Below, piece after piece: positions 26,682-37,547 of a stretch of 64,000 nt of DNA (position 1 is its first letter; every line of letters begins with the position of its first letter). Where the stretch lies: NCBI GenBank assembly GCA_041655755.1, contig JBBAEY010000001.1:13389-77388 (forward strand), given 5' to 3'. This DNA comes from Tissierellaceae bacterium (GTDB taxonomy: Bacteria; Bacillota; Clostridia; Tissierellales; Tissierellaceae). The translations under genes were made by a program, and so were the position numbers. Below the pieces are notes generated by a model. It searched no databases and was not told the DNA's origin. It saw only the letters and a program-made list of their open reading frames with translations.

Positions 26682-29600
26682 TCAATCGGTCAATTCTATA
26701 TAGTCACCCTCCAAGGGCCTGCCATTTACCAGTACCTGGTAGCCAGCCTCATCCGGGTCTTTTGAGTTTTTCACCTCTATATGGTAGGTGGACTTTCCGT
26801 ACCTGTACTTGATGCTATACTGGTCCCAATCCTTGGGTATTGACGGATTTATAAAGATCCTCTTACCTTCTTTTCTAAATCCTAGTATGTCTTCTAAGAC
26901 CACACTATATATCCAGCCTGATGAACCTGTATACCAGGTCCAGCCACCCCTGCCCAGGTGCTGTGGATTTGTATATACGTCGGCGGCCAATACATATGGC
27001 TCTACCTTGTACCTAGCACATTCAATCTGTGTCCTCGTGTGGTTTATTGGATTTATCAATTTAAATAAATTATATGCCTTATCCCCTTCTCCTAGGAGGG
27101 CAAAGGCCTTTATGAGCCAGGCGGCTGCATGGGTATACTGACCTCCGTTTTCCCTGACTCCTGCTACATAGGACTTTATATAGCCAGGGTTGAGTTCTGT
27201 ATTTTCAAAGGGAGGGGATAGAAGGGCTATAATCCCATCTTCCTCATTTACAAGGTGCTTTTCTGCTGCACTTAGGGCAGGCCTTATCCTGTCTTCCCTG
27301 CCTAGGCCGGATATTACTGACCATGACTGGGAAATGGAATCGATTATACATTCCTCACTGTGCTTGGAGCCAATTGGGCTTCCGTCATCGAAGAAGGCTC
27401 TCATATACCATTCACCGTCCCAACCGCCTTCCTCTACTGCCTCCCTTAATTTGGGAATTAGATCTTCAAACTCCTTGACCTGTTCCAGGTCATTCCTTAT
27501 TCTGCAAATCGGTATAAAGGCCTGAAGCACAGCTCCCAAAAACCACCCCAGCCAGATACTTTCGCCCTTGCCCTTGTAACCAACCTTGCCCATGCCGTCA
27601 TTCCAATCACCTGTGCCTATGAGGGGGATATTTCTCTCACTAAGGTTTATCCCCCTTCTAATGGCCCTTATACAGTGTTCATATACTGTGGATTTTTCTG
27701 CAGATCTCCTTGGCAGCTCATATCTCTCATATTCTCCCTCCCTTAACTTATCCGATTCTATATAGTTTACTTCTTCATCTAGTATGCCATAGTCTTCAGT
27801 AGCCTCTATATACTTAGCCAGGCAGTAGGGAAGCCAAAGCATGTCATCTGAGCACCTGCTCCTAATTCCCTTATTGACCTCATTGTCATAGGCTGGATGC
27901 CACCAGTGCTGGATATCTCCTTCAAGATATTGGTGGGCACAATTCTCCAATATCTGCCTCCTAGCCTCCCCTGGTCTATGGTAGAGAATATTTGAAACGT
28001 CCTGTATCTGATCCCTTGCACCAAAGGCTCCACCTACCTGATAGTACCCAGCCCTTGCCCATAATCTGCTGCTGATGGTCTGGTATATGAGCCAGGAATT
28101 CATCAGATAGTTTAGGGCCTTATCCTTAGTAGATACTTCTATGGTCTTTACAGTCCTATCCCAAAAGTCCTTGACCTCCCGGAGAGCAGTGGTAACACTA
28201 TCCAGGTCCCTGTACTTGTTGACGGTCTCCCTTCCCTTTTCACCGTCCCTTTCTTCCGCCAGCAAGAATACTATATCTTCCTGTCCCCCAGGGGGAATGC
28301 AAAGCTCAAGCTCTAATACACCGCAGGGGTTGTATCCTGCCCCAACCCTGTTTGATAATTTCTCTAACCTTGCTCCCCTTGGATTTTCATAGTCGGGTAT
28401 ATAGCCTAAAAATTCCAACCTATCCCCAGTATATGAGTTTATTTTTTTGGAGGAGGATATAAATATGCTGCTTCCCTCGAATTCTGAATTAGAGGTGTTT
28501 TCCACTGTAAATATTTCCCCCTGGTCCATGGAGCTTTCCAGAAACAACTGGGTCTCCTCGTCCGTCACCCCTATTACTGGCCTGATATAGTAGTAGATCT
28601 TCAGTTTCCTCTCCCTGTCTGCAGTATTTTTAAGTTTTATAAGGTTGATCTTGACCTTTTCCTCCCTTGGGACAAAGATTGTGAGCTCCTGCTCCAGGTC
28701 ATGGCTATTGTGTTCAAAGTTGACATAGCCCTTGCCATAGGAGATTATATAATCTTCCTCTCCCCTGATGGGTTCTGGGGTGATAGAAAACAGCTCATTG
28801 CTGTCCCTATCCCTTATATAAACGATTTCACTCGGCAAATCATTTATCAGGTCATTGTACCAGGGGGTCAGCTTATTCTCCCTGCTGTTTACAGACCAGG
28901 TAAAGCCCGTTCCCCTTTCACTTATTATGAAGCCAAATTCCTCGTTGGCTACGACATTTACCCATGGCATTGGGGTATTGAGCCCCTTCTGAAGCCTGAT
29001 TACGTATTCCTCCCCATTCTTTGAGAATCCGCCATAACCGTTGAAAAAATCTAATTCCAACTCCCTTGACCTTATGGGCTCCGCCGGGGTTTTAATCCTA
29101 GGCCCGCCCTTTACCTGACCATATATCTTGCTATCGTCAAATGTAAATCCCTCCTGGGCGTTGATAATCAAAGCTGCCCGCTTATAGAAAAGGCTAATAT
29201 CGTCTTGGTCTAGGCTTCCAATATTTCTAGGGTAGATGCCCCCTTGAACATTTAACAAGTTCCCCCTTATTTCATAGATTAGCTCCAGTATCTTTTGATT
29301 TAGGGGCCTGTAATACTTATCCTCCTCTTCATACACTACTATTAGGTCAACAGTCAGTCCCTTATATGTCCAGTATTCATGGGCGTGGAGAACTTTTATG
29401 AGGTTATCTAGGTTTTCTAGGCTCCCTATCCTAACTAGGACTATTGGATTGTCACCGGATATTCCATGTGCCCACAGGCCTTCCTTACCCCTACCCTTTC
29501 TGGCCAGAATGCCTTTGTACTTATTCTTATTGCCCTTGAGATAGAAAATATAGGGCAGTAGCTCTTCATATAGCTCAATATTGGCGTGATCCAAATTTAA

Positions 29601-32600
29601 ATAGCCTATTTCTGTCTGGCTCTTGCTGCTGATTAGGTCCATGGCCATATTTATGTTTTCCCTGCTATCGTATTTATTTAATATGTCTACTACCTCTTCC
29701 TTGCTGGTCGATATGCCCGTAATATAGTATATTTCTACACTTTCCCCCGGTCCTATGCTTAGCTTTTTCCCAATGCTCATTATGGGGTCCAGCACTATTC
29801 CAACTGTATTGGAATTGCCCTTTTCCAATGCCTGGGGCTTTCTCAAGCTATTTCCCCTTCCTATGAAATTGCTTCTGTTGGTTTCATAGGTCATTATATT
29901 GTCTTCCTGTCCGAATACCTTGAGCCCGTGGAAGATGATGCTAGAGTCGGACTCCCCCTCCCTCTTCCTCCTATGGGCAACCAGTCCCTCCCTATTTTCT
30001 AAGAGCTCTGTTTTGACAAATAGGTTGCTAAAGGCCATATGGGCTAAATCGGCCTGGTAGCTGGTTCCCGTTAACTCAAAGTAGCTTATGACCTCCAATA
30101 GGGCCTCCTCTGAGCCTAGGTTTTTCAGTCTTATCTTCCTCATCTCACCCAGGTCCCCCGGCAGGAGAAAAATCTCCATAAGGGATTCAATCTTTCCATC
30201 TCTCCTAGTAAAACTTGCCTTATCCGTCGAAAAGGATACACTATAGCTATCTGGCAGGACAAAGGTGGGGGCAAAACTAGTTGACCAAATCCTGTTGTTT
30301 TTTAAATCCTTCAGATAAATAAATTGTCCATAGGGCTTGGCTAAAAAATCCTTTCTCCACCTATTGATAAATATGTCCCTATTCTTTGAAAAGCCTTCCC
30401 CAAAACTATTTATCATGGTGGAATAGCTGGCAGAGGATAGGATATGGCATTTTATGTCCTCTAGGGCTTCCATCCCATACTGCCTATTGTTCCAAAGGAT
30501 GTCATTGTCCTTATAAAATGCGAATTCATTTGGGTTTTCGTATTCATTGGACAGGTGGAATTTTTGGGGGACCTTTTCCTGCAGCAAATACTCCCCGCAC
30601 TTCATAGATGGATTTTTATGAAACCTTTTCACGGTTATATTGTCGTTTAGGAAGTTATTTATGGCAGTCAGTATCATACCCTGATGATGACTCATGTAGG
30701 ATTTTACTATACCCATTTCAAGGTGTTTGGGAAGTCTTTTCTTGGTATAGTCTATGGACTCATAAAAGCCATATTTCCCCTCAAATCCCTCCGATATCAT
30801 TCTCCTTATATTGTTCATGGCCCTTGGATAATCGACACTTAAGGCCAAAAATGTCGAATAGGGGGATATGACCAACTCATCTTTCAAACCCCTTTTAAAT
30901 CCCAGCTTTGCCACGCCAAAGGCCTTGTATTGATAGTTGAAGTCAGAGTCAAAGGCAAAGTAGGCCGACTCGGATATACCCCAGGGAACGCCCTTGATGT
31001 GCCCATAATTTCTTTGTATGTCAACGGAGCTCCTATAGCTTTCGTCAAGCAGGGTATTTTTAAAGTTCTTCATATTTAGGGCGGGCATCAGGTATTCAAA
31101 CATGGTTCCGGACCAAGAAGCCAGGGAAATGTAGCCCCCTTCTTTCACCAGGGGTTTATCCAGCCTATGCCAGTGTTCTGGCCCTATTTCCCCCCTGGAT
31201 ATGGCTATATAGGAGCTGGTTCTCGCCTCTGATGCCAATAGGTCATAGTATATGGCCAGTTTTTTTTCACCCTCCAAATCGTAGCCTATATGAAACAATT
31301 GCTTCTCTGCATTGTATAGGGGCTTGAGCTTTGTGTTGTCTATTAGGCTATCAATCCTCCTAAGCAAGTTCTTTTCATCTGATTCAGGGCTGCCCATATA
31401 TTCACCTAGGCCCTCCCTTAGGACTATTAGGTAGGCCAAGAGATTGCCACTATCAACTGTAGATACAAAAATAGGCCTTAGGGCTTGCAAGCTTTCTGTA
31501 TCATACCAGTTATAGAGATTGCCCTCCCATTTGTCTAACTTCTCCAGACTTGTAATGGTCCGGTCTACCAGGTCTATCATTTGGTCTGCATCTATATATC
31601 CCAAATCACAGCTAGATAGGATAGACAGGAGATAAAATCCTATATTGGTTGGAGAGGTACGGTTGGCACTACCATTGTAGGGGTATTCCTGAAAATTGTC
31701 AGGGGGCAGGTAGTTGTTTTTTTCATCGGTAATCTCCCTGTAAAAATCCCATGTCTTTTGACCAATGGAGCGGAGTAATTCTATATCCTCCTTTTTCACT
31801 GCCACAGTTTCCTCCCTATCCTCCCTGCTAATATAAAAGGCCACTAGGGGGCCTAAAAGCCAGAAGGAGGATAGGGGCAGGATGATAGCGGCATTCTCTC
31901 CCCTTAAAAGGTAGCTGGACCCAATAAAGAGGAGCCCTATTATGATATTTGCCCTCATCCTCTTAAAATAGGCTGACAGCCTATGGCCAGACCTATTTTC
32001 AAGCTCAAAAGAGGTGGTCCATTCCAGCAGATTTCTCTTGGATATAAAGACCCTGTATAGGCTCCTGGAAATGGCATCCAGCATCTTGACTCCCTCATAG
32101 GGAAGGAAGATAAGGGACAATAGTCCCCTGTATAGGGGAAGTCTGTACCCCCTAATTTGATTGCCGTGGAGCCTTATACCTTGCCTGCCTGAATCTCGGA
32201 CAAGGATATTCTTCACCGCCATGGCCAGAAGGGGGTAAAAGAACATTGGAAAAACAAAGGCTGCCCATATAGACATCCTAATAGGATAGATAGCTGTGCT
32301 CAGCATTAGCATCAGCAGGGAAAGGGGCAGGAGCGATCTTCTCATATTGTCTGCTATCTTCCACTTTGATAGGAGACTCATATCCCTGCCCCTTGATCCG
32401 TATAGCCATTTGATAAGCTGCCAGTCACCCCTTACCCATCTATGCTGCCTCATTATGTAAGAGTCGTATTTGTCGGGAAAACCGTCCATGAGAAAAATAT
32501 CTGTGGCAAGCCCCGTCCTCAGGTAACTGCCTTCCAAGAGGTCATGGCTTAGGACGCTGTTTTCAGGAATAGTGTCCTTTAGAATATGCTGAAAAGTCCT

Positions 32601-34616
32601 CAGGTCATATATTCCCTTGCCGGTAAATATAGCCTGGCAAAAGAGATCCTGATATATATCAGAAATAGCCCCGCTATAGGAATCTATTCCTCCTTCAGCG
32701 GCAAATACCCTGCTAAAGAAGGACCTATTGCCGGTCTCCCCGTCGACTACAATCCTAGGCTGGATTATGCCATAGCCCGATTCTACAGTCCTCCCCTCGT
32801 CTCCTAGGACTGCCTGATTAAGGGGGTGTGCCAAACTGCCTATGAGCTTCTTGGCCGCATTTATTGGAAGTTTGGTATCGGCGTCTAAGGTTATAACGTA
32901 TTTTATGTCTAGCTCAGACACTTCATTTGATACAATTTCAAATGTTGTATCCTGGTCCAGTAGCAGGCTATTAAACTCAATCAGTGCACCCCTTTTCCTT
33001 TCCCAGCCCATCCATCTCCCCTGGGTCTTTGAAAGGGTCCGCCTCCTGTGAAAATAATAAAATCTTGGAAGCCCACCGGCGTATTTGCGGTTCAGCTCCT
33101 CTACAGCGGCCAGTCCCCTGGCTACTATCTCCTGGTCGCCCTGGGCCTTCTCCTCCTGCCCGTCCTTATAATCTCCCAGTATCCCAAAGTAAATGTTTTC
33201 ATCCCTGTTGGATAGGTAATGGGTTTCAAGGGTCTCTGCCAATTGGTCTATCCTCTCTGGATTTGGCAGTAGGCAGGGAACTATGACAAATGTAGAATAC
33301 TCCTTTGGGATATCCTCAAAGTCAATCTTTGGAATAGTGGTGGGCCCGTGCACCTTCATTAATATGTCGTTTATCAGGTTTACCGAAATTGACGTTACAG
33401 CTACTAGGGACAGGATAAAGGCCTCTAGTTTCCCCTCCCTATAGGCCAGATGTGAAAATAAAAGGGAAAATACAAGGGATAGGCCTACAAGGGAAAGTAT
33501 GTACAGGCCCTGGTCCATCTTTGTCGCCCTTCCTATACTTCCCCTGTAATTAAACTCTTGGTATAGCTTTTCCAGTCCTTCATCTAGTAAGTAGTATCCT
33601 ATATGGCAGCCCTTGTCCCTATTTCCCCTGTCAAATTCCTTCCCCGCAAGTTCAACTAACTTTTTCGCAACATATATCTCCTGCACCTTAAACTTATCTG
33701 CCAATTCCTGTATCCTAAACCTGTATAGGTTCTTTGAAGCCCGGTCCATATGCCTGTAGACGTCCAAAGGGTCTTTTTCAATAGCTTTTTCTACTAAAGA
33801 TATATTCTCAAATATCCTCTCCCAATTTAGGTCATAGATGGTCCTTAGGCCAGTGATGCCGTATTTCAAACCTATTTGAAACTGGGAAAGCCTCCTATAC
33901 TCCCTTTCCAGCAGGTCACTGACGCTGCTGCCCAGGTAATCCAGCTTTTCGTCAATCCTCTCCAATATATCCTTGGAGGAATTTGCCTCTTCCTTAATCC
34001 TCCTTCTCAGCCTTTCAACTTCTGTTGAGGTCATAAGGTGGATATTGCCTATGATATCCTCTAAATTGGACTCTGATAATATATCTAAAGCCTCTACCTT
34101 TTCCCATTTCCTATATAGGTCGAGAATATCCAAGAGAACATTTTGTATATGCTGGAGCAGACCCAAATTTATAAAACTTGGGAGATGATATATTTCCTCC
34201 AGTGTAAGTATTTCATCTTTTTGAATTAAATTTATAAATTCAATCAGGCTGTCCTCAGTGATATTGGCATTGATATTTGAGATATTGTCAAGGGCCAGGA
34301 GATAGGCCCTGGGATAGCCCTTGAAAATCCCATCGTCTACAACATGTACTACAAGTCTCTTATCCCTCCTTATGCTGTTTTTTAAGTCTATATACTTCTG
34401 CTCTATATAGTAGAAATTATCCAATATCCACTGGCTTCCAACTGGAAGCTTTTTGCCCCTGACCAGTTCCCTATTTAGAATCTTGTAAATTCTCCTAATA
34501 TCCTTAAAGGAAGCCTCCAAGTTATTTATCAGAAAGTTTCTTACATTTGCCTTCTTCTTTGTCCTGTATAGGGACAGGTCTAAGTTTCTTTTATCATCTC
34601 TTATTATTGGCCACAT
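26682..34616 (-). CDS. Cyclic beta-1,2-glucan synthase-type giant protein (GT84-like glycosyltransferase + central alpha/alpha-barrel region + GH94-like phosphorylase domain)
   Basis: 2644 aa. TM blocks flank a GT domain with 'VITLDADTKLP' and 'QHRWVRGDWQL'. The middle region contains 'DNFQEYPYNGSANRTSPTNIGFYLLS'. The C-terminal GH94-type region contains 'TGDWNDGMGKVG'. This architecture matches Cgs/ChvB/NdvB. Confidence 0.85.
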   Translation of the reverse strand: MWPIIRDDKRNLDLSLYRTKKKANVRNFLINNLEASFKDIRRIYKILNRELVRGKKLPVGSQWILDNFYYIEQKYIDLKNSIRRDKRLVVHVVDDGIFKGYPRAYLLALDNISNINANITEDSLIEFINLIQKDEILTLEEIYHLPSFINLGLLQHIQNVLLDILDLYRKWEKVEALDILSESNLEDIIGNIHLMTSTEVERLRRRIKEEANSSKDILERIDEKLDYLGSSVSDLLEREYRRLSQFQIGLKYGITGLRTIYDLNWERIFENISLVEKAIEKDPLDVYRHMDRASKNLYRFRIQELADKFKVQEIYVAKKLVELAGKEFDRGNRDKGCHIGYYLLDEGLEKLYQEFNYRGSIGRATKMDQGLYILSLVGLSLVFSLLFSHLAYREGKLEAFILSLVAVTSISVNLINDILMKVHGPTTIPKIDFEDIPKEYSTFVIVPCLLPNPERIDQLAETLETHYLSNRDENIYFGILGDYKDGQEEKAQGDQEIVARGLAAVEELNRKYAGGLPRFYYFHRRRTLSKTQGRWMGWERKRGALIEFNSLLLDQDTTFEIVSNEVSELDIKYVITLDADTKLPINAAKKLIGSLAHPLNQAVLGDEGRTVESGYGIIQPRIVVDGETGNRSFFSRVFAAEGGIDSYSGAISDIYQDLFCQAIFTGKGIYDLRTFQHILKDTIPENSVLSHDLLEGSYLRTGLATDIFLMDGFPDKYDSYIMRQHRWVRGDWQLIKWLYGSRGRDMSLLSKWKIADNMRRSLLPLSLLMLMLSTAIYPIRMSIWAAFVFPMFFYPLLAMAVKNILVRDSGRQGIRLHGNQIRGYRLPLYRGLLSLIFLPYEGVKMLDAISRSLYRVFISKRNLLEWTTSFELENRSGHRLSAYFKRMRANIIIGLLFIGSSYLLRGENAAIILPLSSFWLLGPLVAFYISREDREETVAVKKEDIELLRSIGQKTWDFYREITDEKNNYLPPDNFQEYPYNGSANRTSPTNIGFYLLSILSSCDLGYIDADQMIDLVDRTITSLEKLDKWEGNLYNWYDTESLQALRPIFVSTVDSGNLLAYLIVLREGLGEYMGSPESDEKNLLRRIDSLIDNTKLKPLYNAEKQLFHIGYDLEGEKKLAIYYDLLASEARTSSYIAISRGEIGPEHWHRLDKPLVKEGGYISLASWSGTMFEYLMPALNMKNFKNTLLDESYRSSVDIQRNYGHIKGVPWGISESAYFAFDSDFNYQYKAFGVAKLGFKRGLKDELVISPYSTFLALSVDYPRAMNNIRRMISEGFEGKYGFYESIDYTKKRLPKHLEMGIVKSYMSHHQGMILTAINNFLNDNITVKRFHKNPSMKCGEYLLQEKVPQKFHLSNEYENPNEFAFYKDNDILWNNRQYGMEALEDIKCHILSSASYSTMINSFGEGFSKNRDIFINRWRKDFLAKPYGQFIYLKDLKNNRIWSTSFAPTFVLPDSYSVSFSTDKASFTRRDGKIESLMEIFLLPGDLGEMRKIRLKNLGSEEALLEVISYFELTGTSYQADLAHMAFSNLFVKTELLENREGLVAHRRKREGESDSSIIFHGLKVFGQEDNIMTYETNRSNFIGRGNSLRKPQALEKGNSNTVGIVLDPIMSIGKKLSIGPGESVEIYYITGISTSKEEVVDILNKYDSRENINMAMDLISSKSQTEIGYLNLDHANIELYEELLPYIFYLKGNKNKYKGILARKGRGKEGLWAHGISGDNPIVLVRIGSLENLDNLIKVLHAHEYWTYKGLTVDLIVVYEEEDKYYRPLNQKILELIYEIRGNLLNVQGGIYPRNIGSLDQDDISLFYKRAALIINAQEGFTFDDSKIYGQVKGGPRIKTPAEPIRSRELELDFFNGYGGFSKNGEEYVIRLQKGLNTPMPWVNVVANEEFGFIISERGTGFTWSVNSRENKLTPWYNDLINDLPSEIVYIRDRDSNELFSITPEPIRGEEDYIISYGKGYVNFEHNSHDLEQELTIFVPREEKVKINLIKLKNTADRERKLKIYYYIRPVIGVTDEETQLFLESSMDQGEIFTVENTSNSEFEGSSIFISSSKKINSYTGDRLEFLGYIPDYENPRGARLEKLSNRVGAGYNPCGVLELELCIPPGGQEDIVFLLAEERDGEKGRETVNKYRDLDSVTTALREVKDFWDRTVKTIEVSTKDKALNYLMNSWLIYQTISSRLWARAGYYQVGGAFGARDQIQDVSNILYHRPGEARRQILENCAHQYLEGDIQHWWHPAYDNEVNKGIRSRCSDDMLWLPYCLAKYIEATEDYGILDEEVNYIESDKLREGEYERYELPRRSAEKSTVYEHCIRAIRRGINLSERNIPLIGTGDWNDGMGKVGYKGKGESIWLGWFLGAVLQAFIPICRIRNDLEQVKEFEDLIPKLREAVEEGGWDGEWYMRAFFDDGSPIGSKHSEECIIDSISQSWSVISGLGREDRIRPALSAAEKHLVNEEDGIIALLSPPFENTELNPGYIKSYVAGVRENGGQYTHAAAWLIKAFALLGEGDKAYNLFKLINPINHTRTQIECARYKVEPYVLAADVYTNPQHLGRGGWTWYTGSSGWIYSVVLEDILGFRKEGKRIFINPSIPKDWDQYSIKYRYGKSTYHIEVKNSKDPDEAGYQVLVNGRPLEGDYIELTD

Positions 34617-34641
34617 ATTCCTTCCCCTCCCCTTACTTAGT

Positions 34642-37062
34642 CTAAGGCATTGTCATCTTCTTAATCTTGTCATGGTAGAATGCAAATAATTCCTCTGCAT
34701 ACTCCTCCTCTAGGGACTCTACATAAATATTTAGGTGGGGGTCTTTTTCATCTGGAATAATAAGGGCCCAGCCCCTATCATCTACAATTCTAATGCCCTC
34801 TTCCATTTCAACCTTTTCCTCGCCAGCCTCCCCTAGTTTTCTGATGATGGACCCCCTATTGTCCCAGCTACATGGTATTTCCTTTTTTAGATAATGGTAG
34901 CGGGGTATTTCATCGACTAATTCCCTAAGGCTGATGCCCTCTCCTACTATATAGTCTAGTATCATACCCGAGGCTAGGACATTGTCAAAATTTAGAACAT
35001 ACTGAAAATCTGCCTTGTTTTTTTTCATTTCCCCCAGGAGGCTCCATATATTTGTCTTTGAATATATAATATCCCCTCCATATTTACTTGCAATCTCCTC
35101 TGCTATTCTAGGTAGATTGTAGGGTACAATGGCCTTCTTTAAATTTCCGCTTCTAAAGCCAATTAAGAGGGTAAGTAGAAAATACTTGTCGTCATTAATT
35201 ACATCCTTGCTATCTGCCACAATAAGCCTTTCACCGTCACACCCGTAGATAAAGCCCAAGTCAGCAGCTCCCTCAAATATTATATTTTGAAACTCCTCTA
35301 TCTCCATATTGCCCCTGTAGTCCAATAACTCTACATTGCAATTTATTCGCCTAAAAAGGCTTTCCGCGAGATTTGCCATGCTCCTTGACGGGGAGCTAAT
35401 GACAATCTTTGCCGCCCTTTCCCTAATCCTATCCAAGTTTTTCATGCCCCCTATCCCCTCATTCAGGTATAGGAGGGAAAAGTTATTTATATCGATGGGT
35501 TCTTTAAGTTCATTGGATTTACACCTTTTAAAGTCTTTAATAGCCAGAGAGTTTTCGACCTTCCTCTGTCTATCCTTGTCTAGGTTGGCTCCATTCCCGT
35601 CTAGTAGTTCTATATTGACCTGACCCTCCACCCTGGGATCTCCATAAATGTGTATTCCACCATCTGCCCCGTAGTGCCTGACCCCAAATCTGCATATTGG
35701 CAGGGTGGCCTCTTTGATGTCTATTACCTGTGCACCAGTTGACATCATAGCTGAAATAAGGGAGCCCTTGATGGTCTTTGATGTGCCTTGGCCGTCAGAG
35801 CTTACCACAAAACTGCCCTTCTTGGCCATGACGGTGGAGAAGCTGCTTCCAATCCCCAGGGCTATTTCCGGTCCAAGATCTACATTGAATTTTCCAGATA
35901 TATTCCTGCTTCCGAAAAGCCTCCTGGTCTGCTTTTCCTCCCAGACCAGGTCCTTTCTCAGAACTGACCCCTCCTCCACTATTTTATAGGGCCATATCTT
36001 GACCCCTGGCTTTATGGTCGAATCCTGTAAAATCCTAGAATAGGGTCCTACCACGGCCCCCTCAAATACGCGAACCCTCTCGTCTAGGTTAGAATTGTTA
36101 CATATTATGGACCTTCTGATTTCACAGTTTCTAGATATGGTGCTATTGTTCCAAATGATACTTCTCTTAATAGACGTCCCCCCACCTATGAGACAATTGT
36201 CTCCTATGACCGAGTACTCGCCTATGACAGCTCCATTCCTTATGGTGCAATTGTCGCCAATAAATAGGGGGGCTATAAGCCTGCAGCCCTCTTCAATTAA
36301 ACTATTCTTTCCTATCCATATCCCCTCCGATGCTGTGGACATAGGTTGATAATTGCCTTGGCCCTTGAATATATCCTCCTGAACCTGTATATAGGTGTTT
36401 AAATCGCCTATATCACACCAGTAGCCCTCGGCCACATATCCATACATGGGAATGTCGTCCCTTAGAAGCCTTGGAAACAAATCCTTGCTAAAATCAAAGT
36501 TGTCTCCCCTTTTATAGTAGTTCAAGACCTCCGGTTCCAAGATATATATGCCCGTGTTTATGGTGTCAGAAAAAACCTCCCCCCAGCTAGGTTTTTCTAA
36601 AAACTTCCTTATCCTGCCCTCCTCATCTGTTATTACTAGGCCATACTCCAGGGGAATAGGCTCTCTTTTTAATAGCAGTGTAGCCTTTGATCCCTTCTCC
36701 CTATGGTAGTCAAAGGCCCTTGACAAATCCATGTCTGTAAAACCATCTCCGCTTATGACTACAAAGCTACCATCCAGCATTTCCTCTGCATTCTTTACGC
36801 TGCCTCCTGTCCCCAGGGGCCTATCCTCTGTATAGTATCTTATATCTACGCCAAATCTTTCCCCATTCCCGAAGTATTCAGAAATCATTGAGGGCAGATA
36901 ATGAAGCGTTACACCTATATCCCTGATACCGTGTCTCTTTAGCAGGTCTATGGCGTGTTCCATCACCGGCCTGTTCAATACTGGTACCATGGGTTTTGGT
37001 AAATGACAGGTTAGGGGCCTCAATCTCTTTCCAATGCCGCCTGACATAATTATCCCTTTAAT
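34642..37062 (-). CDS. Fused sugar-1-phosphate nucleotidyltransferase (with left-handed beta-helix) / phosphohexomutase
   Basis: 'GGIGKRLRPLT..PKPMVP' NTP-transferase motif and hexapeptide repeats. C-terminal PGM/PMM-like half. 5-prime end extended to ATT 37062 (see finding); the conservative ATG is at 37047. Confidence 0.8.
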   Translation of the reverse strand: MKGIIMSGGIGKRLRPLTCHLPKPMVPVLNRPVMEHAIDLLKRHGIRDIGVTLHYLPSMISEYFGNGERFGVDIRYYTEDRPLGTGGSVKNAEEMLDGSFVVISGDGFTDMDLSRAFDYHREKGSKATLLLKREPIPLEYGLVITDEEGRIRKFLEKPSWGEVFSDTINTGIYILEPEVLNYYKRGDNFDFSKDLFPRLLRDDIPMYGYVAEGYWCDIGDLNTYIQVQEDIFKGQGNYQPMSTASEGIWIGKNSLIEEGCRLIAPLFIGDNCTIRNGAVIGEYSVIGDNCLIGGGTSIKRSIIWNNSTISRNCEIRRSIICNNSNLDERVRVFEGAVVGPYSRILQDSTIKPGVKIWPYKIVEEGSVLRKDLVWEEKQTRRLFGSRNISGKFNVDLGPEIALGIGSSFSTVMAKKGSFVVSSDGQGTSKTIKGSLISAMMSTGAQVIDIKEATLPICRFGVRHYGADGGIHIYGDPRVEGQVNIELLDGNGANLDKDRQRKVENSLAIKDFKRCKSNELKEPIDINNFSLLYLNEGIGGMKNLDRIRERAAKIVISSPSRSMANLAESLFRRINCNVELLDYRGNMEIEEFQNIIFEGAADLGFIYGCDGERLIVADSKDVINDDKYFLLTLLIGFRSGNLKKAIVPYNLPRIAEEIASKYGGDIIYSKTNIWSLLGEMKKNKADFQYVLNFDNVLASGMILDYIVGEGISLRELVDEIPRYHYLKKEIPCSWDNRGSIIRKLGEAGEEKVEMEEGIRIVDDRGWALIIPDEKDPHLNIYVESLEEEYAEELFAFYHDKIKKMTMP

Positions 37063-37159
37063 CTAAATCACTCCTCCTATCTCTTTGCTAACAGTCTTTA
37101 TTATTTGTATCAGATAGAAAAAAATACATATTTGATACTTTTATATAATATAATTGGGA

Positions 37160-37200
37160 AATAAAAAATTCTCCCTATATTGCCAAGCAATTGGGAGAAT
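37160..37200 (-). terminator. Rho-independent terminator of the ars-like operon
   Basis: On the minus strand: stem ATTCTCCC / GGGAGAAT with an inner ATTGC/GCAAT stem, followed by TTTTTTATTT. Confidence 0.6.
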
Positions 37201-37302
37201 CTCTCAATACATCTTTTCCTTATCTAGTGAATCTATGACACTAGGCCATTTAAGGCCCACAAGGACAGGTCAGGTCTCTTTATCAAAATTGAATTGACCA
37301 TC

Positions 37303-37536
37303 CTAAACTTTTAATATCTTCTTTAACTCATTAACAGACAAGACCTTGCCAACTGAAACTAGCTCTTCATCTACAACTAAGGCTGGAGTCGTCATGACCC
37401 CATATCTGACTATTTCTGCTAAACTCTCTACCTTTTCCACCCTTGCATCTATCTTTGATTGATGCAAAAATTTTTCCAAATTCTTCTCAAGTTTGTCGCA
37501 CTTGGAACATCCAGTTCCCAATATCTTGATAACCAT
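37303..37536 (-). CDS. Thioredoxin-fold protein (redox-active disulfide protein 2 type)
   Basis: 77 aa. 'KILGTGCSKCDKL' CxxC motif. Confidence 0.8.
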   Translation of the reverse strand: MVIKILGTGCSKCDKLEKNLEKFLHQSKIDARVEKVESLAEIVRYGVMTTPALVVDEELVSVGKVLSVNELKKILKV

Positions 37537-37547
37537 TGACTAACCCC

